From: a virus
Strand: one strand, 5' to 3'
IMG/VR virus record: IMGVR_UViG_3300018059_000002
Location: 1-54,094 of that record
Length of the DNA stretch: 54,094 bases
Part shown: piece by piece, positions 8,727-16,835 of the stretch
How the letters are laid out: the number at the start of each line of letters is the position of its first letter
Numbering within the stretch: position 1 is the first letter of the stretch
Position numbers and translations under genes: made by a program
Notes under the pieces: generated by a model
What the model was told of the DNA's origin: nothing
Databases searched by the model: none
Seen by the model: only the letters and a program-made list of their open reading frames with translations

Positions 8727-10212
8727 TACCCTCATAGTTAAACTTGGGCTTGATCCTAAGGAATTTACCGACGGACAAAAGAAAGCGGCGGCCGAAGGCG
8801 TCAAGTTTAAAAACGAGACGAAAAAAAACACTGACGAGATGGGCCGAAATTGGACTGGCTTTATCGGTAAGGTTGCTGGCATTGCAGGTGCCGCCGTTCT
8901 CGTAAAAAAGTTCCTCAGCTACACGTCGGACCTTTCTGCCGGTATCCGTCAGTTAGGTATTGATTCTGATAATTTCAAAATAGCGGCGGCCGAGCTTAAG
9001 AATTTCGGCAACGTTGCGGAGATGAATGGCGGTAAAGCCGAAGACGCGACCAAAACAGTCAGCGGGCTGGCGAAAGCCGTTTATGATCTTGCGTATAACG
9101 GGTCTATGTCTGATTCGCTAATCATGCTTGGCCGCCTCGGTGTACAGTTTCAAGACACCACAGGCAACATGCGCGATTTTAAAAGCATCGTATTGGACAC
9201 GCAAGCGTCAATTCAAGGCGCAATGCGCAACGGCACATCGCGTGCGAACGCGTATCAAATGCTGTTGCAGGCTGGTTTTGATCCCGGTTTAGCTAACGCC
9301 ATGCTGCAAGGAAATGTAGGTGCGCAGCTTGCCAGCCAACAACAGCGACGGCAAGTCAGCGGTGCGGATGTGTCGCTTGCAACCAAATGGGAACAAAGCG
9401 CGGCGAATCGATCGCAGGCGCTGGACGCTGCGGCGCTCAAACAGTTGGCAATTGAAGCGGTGCCGGGAACCATTGCAAACAATGCGATTGCGGCGACCGC
9501 TGATGCTGCCGGCAATGCTACTATGGGCAGCGTAACGGACAGCTTGACGACCTCGTTTAAAGAGGCTACCAACGCGGTGTCGGATTTTGCCCACCGGTTA
9601 ATGAGCACAGCCGAGGGTGCGCGTTTAAAGAGCCTGCCACGTGGTCGTAAGGCGTATGAATCGGACATACAAGGCGCGGCTAGAAAGTACGGCCTTGACC
9701 CTGAGACGTTGGCCGGTATTTTGAAAACGGAAAGTAACTTTGACCCGACCGCTACAAGCTCAACAGGGCGTCGCGGCATTGCACAGCTAACGCCTGCGTA
9801 TTTTCCGGGCGCGGGTAACAATCCTCACGCGGACATCTACACAGCCGCAAAAGAGCTTGCGCGTTTGAAGCAAAAGCATTTGAAAGCCGGTAACGATGAC
9901 GCGGCAGCGTCCTACCTCATGCTTGAAGATTATAACGCGGGCGCGCGTGGTGCTAGCGAGATGCGTAGCGGCAAGCGTTCGTACACGGACGAAACCCTTG
10001 CATATCCGGGTAAGGTGTTGGGGTACGCCTCGCAAGCAACGCCATCACCCAATGCTCAAGCGCTTGGCGGTGGCGGTTCGCGCACCGACATCACGTTCGA
10101 GAACGTGCAAGTGAACACCACTGGGCGCAACGGGGAAGCCATCGCAAACGACTTTGTGGATGCGACGCGCCGCAAGATGCAGGCCGCGCAGGCTGAAACA
10201 GGCACGCAATAA
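8704..10212 (+). CDS. Tape measure protein with C-terminal lytic transglycosylase (SLT) domain
   Basis: 502 aa with a GTG start and a helical, Ala-rich body. LKTESNFDPTATSSTGRRGIAQLTPAYF...YNAG is an SLT-type catalytic motif (E-S...GIAQ...YNAG). Confidence 0.7.
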   Translation: MANTTVIDTLIVKLGLDPKEFTDGQKKAAAEGVKFKNETKKNTDEMGRNWTGFIGKVAGIAGAAVLVKKFLSYTSDLSAGIRQLGIDSDNFKIAAAELKNFGNVAEMNGGKAEDATKTVSGLAKAVYDLAYNGSMSDSLIMLGRLGVQFQDTTGNMRDFKSIVLDTQASIQGAMRNGTSRANAYQMLLQAGFDPGLANAMLQGNVGAQLASQQQRRQVSGADVSLATKWEQSAANRSQALDAAALKQLAIEAVPGTIANNAIAATADAAGNATMGSVTDSLTTSFKEATNAVSDFAHRLMSTAEGARLKSLPRGRKAYESDIQGAARKYGLDPETLAGILKTESNFDPTATSSTGRRGIAQLTPAYFPGAGNNPHADIYTAAKELARLKQKHLKAGNDDAAASYLMLEDYNAGARGASEMRSGKRSYTDETLAYPGKVLGYASQATPSPNAQALGGGGSRTDITFENVQVNTTGRNGEAIANDFVDATRRKMQAAQAETGTQ

Positions 10213-10961
10213 TGGCGATTATTCCAAAGCCTCCATTTCCAAATGTACCCAAGTTGCCGGGGGTGCCGCAGCTTTCGCGTTCGCCGCTATCGCCTGCCTC
10301 TGCATTGCCTGTGGTGGGCCTTGGTCTTGCGCTTGGCGCATTGTGGAAATCTGTCTTTGCAAAAAGTGGATGGGCAATATACAAGAGCAACACAACACAG
10401 GCGCAAGATGCGGGCGCAAATGGAGCCGATTTAAATACGGTGACCGTCACCGCTAAGCGTGTCCCTGTTGTTGAGCCTGACTCATTCGGCGAATTTACCT
10501 ATCGCAATGAATGGACCGTGTCAGATTTTCCTGTGCAGAACGGGGAATTCGCGAGCTACAACAAAGTAGCAAACCCATTTGAAACGATGGTGCGCATGTA
10601 TAAAGGGGGATCAAAAGAAGCGCGCAAAAGATTTTTAGATAGCATCGACGCCATACAAGGCACGCTTGATCTTTACGATATTGTGACGCCTGAAAAAACG
10701 TACTTAGGCGTGAATGTGATTCGCTACGAAGTATCACGCCGAGGCGCGCGCGGTGCCTACTTTTTGTCAGAAGTTGATTTATACTTTCGAGAGATTCGAC
10801 AGGTCACTTCAACATACACGACGACTGCGGTCGTTACGCAGAACGCCCAAAATTCATCCGCTGCGCCGGTTAGCAACACGGGCATCGTGCAAGCGATCAT
10901 CACTGTAAAAAATGATGTAGTCACAGCGGTATCGGGTGTTGTGGGGAAAGTGTCGCCGTGA
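10212..10961 (+). CDS. Baseplate/tail-tip module protein (Mu gp43 position)
   Basis: 249-aa ORF whose start overlaps the tape-measure stop (TAATG). The N-terminus has a hydrophobic segment (VVGLGLALGALW). Function inferred from position. Confidence 0.4.
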   Translation: MAIIPKPPFPNVPKLPGVPQLSRSPLSPASALPVVGLGLALGALWKSVFAKSGWAIYKSNTTQAQDAGANGADLNTVTVTAKRVPVVEPDSFGEFTYRNEWTVSDFPVQNGEFASYNKVANPFETMVRMYKGGSKEARKRFLDSIDAIQGTLDLYDIVTPEKTYLGVNVIRYEVSRRGARGAYFLSEVDLYFREIRQVTSTYTTTAVVTQNAQNSSAAPVSNTGIVQAIITVKNDVVTAVSGVVGKVSP

Positions 10962-11266
10962 TGCAAATTCCCTTGCAAGCAGTACCTAACCAAACACTCG
11001 CGATCACGTTGGATCGTCAGCCCGTGCAAATTGCCTTGCGCCAAAATGGCGTTAATATGTATCTCGATTTGTTGTTAGACAATCAGTACGTTGTACGCAC
11101 GCGCATCTGCCGAGATCGTCAGCGGCTACTGCTTGATGCGGGTTACCAAGGATTTGCAGGCGACTTTGTGTTCGTTGATACCCAAGGGGCGGACAACCCT
11201 ACGTACAAGGGTTTGGGCGGCGCAGGTTCGCGCTTTCAGCTGATTTATTTGGCAGCGGGCGAATGA
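10958..11266 (+). CDS. Small baseplate-module protein
   Basis: 102-aa ORF that overlaps both neighbouring genes by 4 nt at each end. Function inferred from position only. Confidence 0.45.
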   Translation: MMQIPLQAVPNQTLAITLDRQPVQIALRQNGVNMYLDLLLDNQYVVRTRICRDRQRLLLDAGYQGFAGDFVFVDTQGADNPTYKGLGGAGSRFQLIYLAAGE

Positions 11267-12144
11267 TTAGTTTTACTGCAAAACAGTTGCGCGTCACCGC
11301 TATTTTAGCCGGTGCTAACGCAGTATTTCCCGGTACCAACAGTAACACGTTAGTAGTAGAGGGTATGCGCATCACTGCCAAGGTACAGGCGGTTGCGCGT
11401 CTTGCAACACAGGCAGACGTGCGCATCTACGGTATGAGACAGGCCGACATGAACGCGCTTACCGTCGCATGGGCGAACCCTCCGGTTGTGCTTGATCATC
11501 TTGTGATTGTCGAAGCGAACAACACCGGCAAAACCGACGGATGGGTGCAGGTGTTCAAAGGTACCGTTATCGAAGCACAACCAGATTACCGCGCCATGCC
11601 CGACGTGTCGTTCAATTTCTTGGCGGTGACTGGTTATTTTCAAAAGATTAACCCGGCGCTGCCGGTGTCATATCCGCAAGAGGTCGACATATCTACTATC
11701 GTTAGCGACATAGTTGCTTTAATGGGTGAACCGTGGGTGTTGGTATTAGGTGAGGGTGTCGAAGCTGTGTTAACGAATCCGTACTTTTACGGCACTTTGT
11801 GGGATCAACTTGCGCAGGCGTGCGCTGCTGCCAACTGTGATTTTTACGTACAAGGTGACCAAGTATTAGTTACTGCGGCCGGTCGTGCGCGTGGCTCCGA
11901 ACCTGCTGTTGTGTTGACGCCAGATTCCGGGCTTATCGGTTACCCAATGTACGAACGATCAGGGCTAGCCGTCAATGCGTTATTTGACCCTGCGTTTTTG
12001 TGCGGCGTTGCCCTAGACGTTAAAAGTAACGTACCGAACGCAACGGGTCGATGGTACCCCTATTCGCTTTTTCACAATCTTGAAAGTAACGTACCTAACG
12101 GCGCATGGATGTCAACCCTACAGTGTTTGCGGGTGTTGGCATAG
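11263..12144 (+). CDS. Putative baseplate hub protein
   Basis: 293-aa ORF directly upstream of the spike gene, at the position of Mu gp44 or P2 gpD. Function inferred from position. Confidence 0.4.
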   Translation: MISFTAKQLRVTAILAGANAVFPGTNSNTLVVEGMRITAKVQAVARLATQADVRIYGMRQADMNALTVAWANPPVVLDHLVIVEANNTGKTDGWVQVFKGTVIEAQPDYRAMPDVSFNFLAVTGYFQKINPALPVSYPQEVDISTIVSDIVALMGEPWVLVLGEGVEAVLTNPYFYGTLWDQLAQACAAANCDFYVQGDQVLVTAAGRARGSEPAVVLTPDSGLIGYPMYERSGLAVNALFDPAFLCGVALDVKSNVPNATGRWYPYSLFHNLESNVPNGAWMSTLQCLRVLA

Positions 12145-12783
12145 ATGCCTGTTGCGAATCAAACACCGGCGGATGTCGCAAGCGATTACAAGCTCACAAC
12201 TTTCATCGTTCAACAACTCATGTCCGGGATGGCCACTGCCACTATCGTTAAGGTAATCAAATGTACCAATACCGGCGACGTGTCGGCGTCGGGTTTCGTA
12301 GATGTTCAGCCGCTTGTTAATATGATGACGGGTGACCGGACGGCCATTCCTCACGGCGTGCTGTATTCGTTGCCCTATAGCCGCCTACAGGGGGGCGCAA
12401 ATGCGATTATCCTGGACCCGCAGCCGGGCGACCTTGGTATCGCGGTTTTTGCCTCTCGGGATATCAGCGCTGTGAAAAAAACCAAGGCGCCGGCGAACCC
12501 CGGCAGCTCGCGCCAATTCAATTTAGCCGACGGCATGTACATTGGCGGGTTGCTGAACGGGTCGCCTACTCAATACGTGCAGTTTAACGCTGAGGGGATC
12601 ACTGTGGTGTCGCCCACGGCGATCATGCTGCAAGCCCCTACGATCACCTTAGATGGCGATGTCGTGGGCACAGCGGGCGGTGTGTTCGCAGCCGACGTGA
12701 TCGCGGACGGGATAAGCGTAGCGACGCACACCCATGGCGGGGTAACATCCGGTGGAAGCAACACGGCACCGCCCAACCCATGA
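12145..12783 (+). CDS. Baseplate central spike (gpV / Mu gp45-like)
   Basis: 212 aa. The C-terminal ISVATHTHGGVTSGGSNTAPP matches the H-x-H...GG...T..P signature of gpV/gp45 spikes. The N-terminus has an OB-like segment GDLGIAVFASRDIS. Confidence 0.6.
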   Translation: MPVANQTPADVASDYKLTTFIVQQLMSGMATATIVKVIKCTNTGDVSASGFVDVQPLVNMMTGDRTAIPHGVLYSLPYSRLQGGANAIILDPQPGDLGIAVFASRDISAVKKTKAPANPGSSRQFNLADGMYIGGLLNGSPTQYVQFNAEGITVVSPTAIMLQAPTITLDGDVVGTAGGVFAADVIADGISVATHTHGGVTSGGSNTAPPNP

Positions 12784-13133
12784 AAACTCTTTTGCTCGAT
12801 CTTACAAATTGGGATCTGTTAGTAGATGCCGCCGGCAACATCGCGTTTGCCGAGGCTCCCTACCAACAAGCGCAGGACGTAGCCAGTGCGTTGCGCACCT
12901 TTCTGGGTGAAGTGTGGTACAACACGGCGCTTGGCATCCCCTATTTCCAACAGATTCTAGGCGAGACGCCGCCGGTTACGGTGTTTCAGGAATATATGGA
13001 ATCTGAGGCTAAGACGGTGCCCGATGTGGTGTCGGCGGAATGTACAATCACTGCCTTTGAAGATCGCCGCGTTAATGGGCAAGTCACTTTTACGACTGAC
13101 AACGGGCAAACCCAAACGGTATCGCTGCAATGA
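12780..13133 (+). CDS. Baseplate wedge protein (gp25/W-like)
   Basis: 117 aa. QQAQDVASALRTFLGEVWYNTALGIPYFQQILG resembles the gp25/GPW family. It lies between the spike and J-like genes. Confidence 0.55.
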   Translation: MKTLLLDLTNWDLLVDAAGNIAFAEAPYQQAQDVASALRTFLGEVWYNTALGIPYFQQILGETPPVTVFQEYMESEAKTVPDVVSAECTITAFEDRRVNGQVTFTTDNGQTQTVSLQ

Positions 13134-14344
13134 CCACAAATGTGCCTGCTGTTGTGTTCACGCCGGAGGGGCTTAGCGTTCCTCAAGAAGCCGCTATTTT
13201 GGCCGGTGTCCAACAGGATTATAACGAAGCGTTTGGCGGCAACCTCAACCCCGCATTAAACACACCGCAGGGGCAACTTGCATCTAGCACCGCCGCCATC
13301 GTTGCAGATGCAAATGCGGTGTTTTCTGAGTTCGTCAACCAAGTGAATCCGGACACTGCTGATGGATTCATGCAGGATGCAATTGCGCGCATGTATTTCC
13401 TAGATCGTTCTGCCGGCGTGCCCACCGTGGTCACGTGTCAGTGTATAGGCGCATTCGGTACCAATATACCGATTGGCGCGCAAGCTCAAGACACGAGCGG
13501 CAATCGGTATGTGTGTATTGATGGCGGTTCAATTCCTATTTCGGGAACTATCACACTTAGTTTTGCGAATGTGCTGGACGGCCCGACACCTTGCCCAGCT
13601 AACACGCTCACTACAATCTACAAAGCTATCCCCGGATGGGATTCGATTAATAACGCAGCGCCGGGTATTCTCGGTCGCTTTGTTGAAACGCGCGCAGAGT
13701 TTGAATTTCGACGCTTTAATAGTGTCGCTTTGAATGCACATGGCTCTAAAGAATCTATCTACGGCGCAGTGTTTAATGTCGACAATGTGCTAGATGTATT
13801 TGTTACCGAGAATGTCACCGACTCTATTGTTAATTACGGCTCGACGAATTACCCGCTAGCTGCTCATTCGGTTTACGTGGCTGTTGTAGGCGGTGACTCA
13901 CAGGATATTGGTAACGCGATTTATACAAAAAAAGATTTAGGTTGCAACATGAACGGCAACACAACCGTTATTGTGTCCGATACAAGCTACTCGCCTCCTT
14001 ACCCCACGTACAACATCACGTTTAATCGACCAACGCCGTTGCCGATTTTCTTTCGCGTAGAGCTTACCGATAGCGCGTCGTTGCCTTCAAACATCGAAGA
14101 CTTAGTGAAGGCCGCTATTGTTGAAGCATTCAACGGTTTGGACGGTTCAACACGTATTCGCATCGGCGGTCTAATCCTTGCGTCTAAGTTTGTAGCCCCT
14201 GTTTCGCGAATCGGGCCTGAAGTATCGATTTTGTCTATCTTGATTGGCACAAGTGGCCCCGGTGCGCTCAATGCTATTACTGCCGGCATTGATCAAGCGC
14301 CCACTGTTGATCCTGCAAACATTTTAGTGGTGCTTACGCCATGA
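13130..14344 (+). CDS. Baseplate J-like protein
   Basis: 404-aa ORF after the gp25-like gene, overlapping both neighbours by 4 nt. Its size and order fit Baseplate_J/Mu gp47. Confidence 0.55.
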   Translation: MTTNVPAVVFTPEGLSVPQEAAILAGVQQDYNEAFGGNLNPALNTPQGQLASSTAAIVADANAVFSEFVNQVNPDTADGFMQDAIARMYFLDRSAGVPTVVTCQCIGAFGTNIPIGAQAQDTSGNRYVCIDGGSIPISGTITLSFANVLDGPTPCPANTLTTIYKAIPGWDSINNAAPGILGRFVETRAEFEFRRFNSVALNAHGSKESIYGAVFNVDNVLDVFVTENVTDSIVNYGSTNYPLAAHSVYVAVVGGDSQDIGNAIYTKKDLGCNMNGNTTVIVSDTSYSPPYPTYNITFNRPTPLPIFFRVELTDSASLPSNIEDLVKAAIVEAFNGLDGSTRIRIGGLILASKFVAPVSRIGPEVSILSILIGTSGPGALNAITAGIDQAPTVDPANILVVLTP

Positions 14345-14991
14345 TAGATGTTGAGCGCACAATTATTTCGCAGTACGCCAATTCGCCCACGTTGACGCGA
14401 CTTATTCAGAACATGAATGAGTATATCGACCCGCGTGCAAACATGACTGCGTTTTATAACGCGGTATGGAATGTCGACACGGCCGTAGGCTTCGGCTTGG
14501 ATATTTGGGGCCGCATCGTGGGTGTGTCTCGTTTGTTGCAAATTCCTGGTGCTGACTCTATCGTCGGCTTTGATAATGCGAGCAACCCCGACGACTGGGT
14601 GCCCATGTCGCAAGGGCGCTACGCGCGCGAGAATGAAGTTACCACGAGTTACGAGCTACCTGATGATGCATATCGTGTATTGATTCTGGTTAAAGCACTG
14701 GCGAACATCACATCGACAACCGGCCCCGGCATCAATCAGTTACTACGTAACTTATTCCCCAATCGCGGTCGTGCGTTTGTACGCGACCTCGGCAACATGG
14801 CGATGGAGTTCGTTTTTAATTTTGCGCTATCGCCTGTAGAGTTCGCGATTCTCACACAATCGAATGCGTTGCCGCATCCGGCAGGCGTCTTCTACTCTGT
14901 GACTGTTATTGCGAGCACGACGTTTTTTGGTTTCCAAGGTTATGGCGGCGCGCAGCCGTTTAACTTCGGCGTGTTTTATACGAGGCCGTAA
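14341..14991 (+). CDS. Baseplate protein (DUF2612-like)
   Basis: 216 aa. ISQYANSPTLTRLIQNMNEYIDP...WNVDTAVGFGLDIWGRIVGVSR is the DUF2612 signature as I recall it. Confidence 0.6.
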   Translation: MIDVERTIISQYANSPTLTRLIQNMNEYIDPRANMTAFYNAVWNVDTAVGFGLDIWGRIVGVSRLLQIPGADSIVGFDNASNPDDWVPMSQGRYARENEVTTSYELPDDAYRVLILVKALANITSTTGPGINQLLRNLFPNRGRAFVRDLGNMAMEFVFNFALSPVEFAILTQSNALPHPAGVFYSVTVIASTTFFGFQGYGGAQPFNFGVFYTRP

Positions 14992-14994
14992 TAT

Positions 14995-16110
14995 ATGGGC
15001 GCACCCACACCGCAATTTATTCCTGAAGCGTTTGCAATTAGTGCAGCGCCGAGTGACCGTAACACCATTCCGACTGCGCCGGTTACAACACAACGTGCGT
15101 CGTTTGATCTTGGGTTCCCACCGTTGACGATGACACCCGTAGTTGCGGGCGGCAAGCCAATGTTAGGCCCGGATATGAACGGTATTTTGTACATGATGTC
15201 GACACATACAGTGTACGCGCAGAGTGGTCAGCCTTATCAGTACAATTCTGCGGTTGCAACAGCTATCGGTGGGTATGCGGTTGGTACGCTGCTAGGCATG
15301 GCTGATGGGTCTGGTGTTTGGTTGAATCAGACGATTAACAACACGGCGGACCCGGACGTAGGCGGTGCAGGATGGATACCGATTAACAGCTATGGGTACG
15401 CGTTAGTTGGTGGCTTGATTGGCGGTATTACTACGTTGACGCCTCTACAATATCGACGCAACATTATCGTGCTTAGCGGAGCTTTAATCGCGAATCAGCA
15501 AGTTGTACTTCCGTCTCTTGCGTTATCGTGGTTGATCGTCAATCAATGCACAGGCGCTTTTACGTTAACGGTAAAAACGGCAGGCGGTAACGGCGTTGTT
15601 GTGCCTGCGGGTGGTTATGCGTCTCCTACGGCAGTTTATAGCGACGGCACAAATATCAACTTAGTGTTTGCGCCTGCGGCGTTGCCGATCGATGTTAACC
15701 CCGTGGCGAGTACGATACCGCTCCGCGACAACACCGGACGTGTGCTGAGCGTGACTCCCAACATAGGAGACAGTACAACCTACACGGCTACGTCCGAGTA
15801 TGTGCAACACAATATGGTAGCGGGCGACGACACATTGTGGCAGGCGTTCATAGTTGGCACAGATCGCATAAACGGTGTTGTTTACACCAATACGACCGGG
15901 CGACCGATTCAAGTGCTTATCTCAGGGGATACCCTTAACGGGGGGACTACGAGTTTCATAGTCGACGGCGTAACTATATTCATAAACGTAAATGGCGGCA
16001 CCATCACTGAACCTGTGAACATAGCAGCTATTATTCCCGCCGGAAGCACTTACCAACTAACAGGCACAACTTTAAGTCCTGGGTTTCACTCGTGGGCGGA
16101 GTTACGATAA
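14995..16110 (+). CDS. Tail fibre protein 1
   Basis: 371 aa. The N-terminal roughly 70 aa (RNTIPTAP...ASFDLGFPPLTMTP...GG.P..G.DMNGILYMMSTH) are shared with the next ORF; the C-terminus is divergent. Confidence 0.65.
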   Translation: MGAPTPQFIPEAFAISAAPSDRNTIPTAPVTTQRASFDLGFPPLTMTPVVAGGKPMLGPDMNGILYMMSTHTVYAQSGQPYQYNSAVATAIGGYAVGTLLGMADGSGVWLNQTINNTADPDVGGAGWIPINSYGYALVGGLIGGITTLTPLQYRRNIIVLSGALIANQQVVLPSLALSWLIVNQCTGAFTLTVKTAGGNGVVVPAGGYASPTAVYSDGTNINLVFAPAALPIDVNPVASTIPLRDNTGRVLSVTPNIGDSTTYTATSEYVQHNMVAGDDTLWQAFIVGTDRINGVVYTNTTGRPIQVLISGDTLNGGTTSFIVDGVTIFINVNGGTITEPVNIAAIIPAGSTYQLTGTTLSPGFHSWAELR

Positions 16111-16835
16111 TGCCAAGTACACCAACACCCCCAAGTTTAGTGCAAGCGTTTGCCATTATTGGTGACCGCAACACGATCCCGATTGTGCCTTCGCCGACAC
16201 CGGGCGCAGCTTCGTTTAATCTTGGTTTCCCGCCTGCCACCATGACGGACCCGACAGCCGGCGGAATACCGCCGGACGGCGAAGATATGAACGGTATTTT
16301 GTATATGCTGTCAGCGCACATTGCTTGGCTTGCGGCCGGCGGTTGCTATCATTTCAACGCTGACGTTGTGACCGTCCAAGGGGGGTATGGTGTCGGGCAG
16401 ATCGTGCAGAGCGCGGTGACGCCTACGACGTTTTATTTAAACACTGTTGCAGGCAATGCTAACGACCCTGACAGCGTCATTACTGGGTGGTTGGCCTACA
16501 ATCCCGCAGGGGGTGCAGTCGGTTTGCAAACAACGGTGTTGCCGGCAGGCACGTCCAGCGATTTAGCCCTTAGTCTTGGTGCGGGGTTTCTCGATTTAAA
16601 CCCCACGACGGGCGCTGCGGATTTGACCGGCATCGATCATACGAATGCGACTGACGGGCAGTTCCTCATCGTATCAAACATCAACGGCTCAAACATGGTG
16701 ACGCTTAAGACGTTAGATGTAAGTTCGGGGGCCTTAAATCGTTTTCGGTTGCCTGCCGATATTACCTTGCCTCAATATAACAACGTGACCTTGCGTTATT
16801 CTTCTGCAATTGCCTTGTGGGTGCCTGCATCATGA
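16110..16835 (+). CDS. Tail fibre protein 2 (N-terminal paralog of fibre 1)
   Basis: Start trimmed to the ATG at 16110, which overlaps the upstream TAA (TAATG). The N-terminus DRNTIPIVP...ASFNLGFPPATMTDP...DMNGILYMLSAH parallels fibre 1. Confidence 0.6.
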   Translation: MPSTPTPPSLVQAFAIIGDRNTIPIVPSPTPGAASFNLGFPPATMTDPTAGGIPPDGEDMNGILYMLSAHIAWLAAGGCYHFNADVVTVQGGYGVGQIVQSAVTPTTFYLNTVAGNANDPDSVITGWLAYNPAGGAVGLQTTVLPAGTSSDLALSLGAGFLDLNPTTGAADLTGIDHTNATDGQFLIVSNINGSNMVTLKTLDVSSGALNRFRLPADITLPQYNNVTLRYSSAIALWVPAS

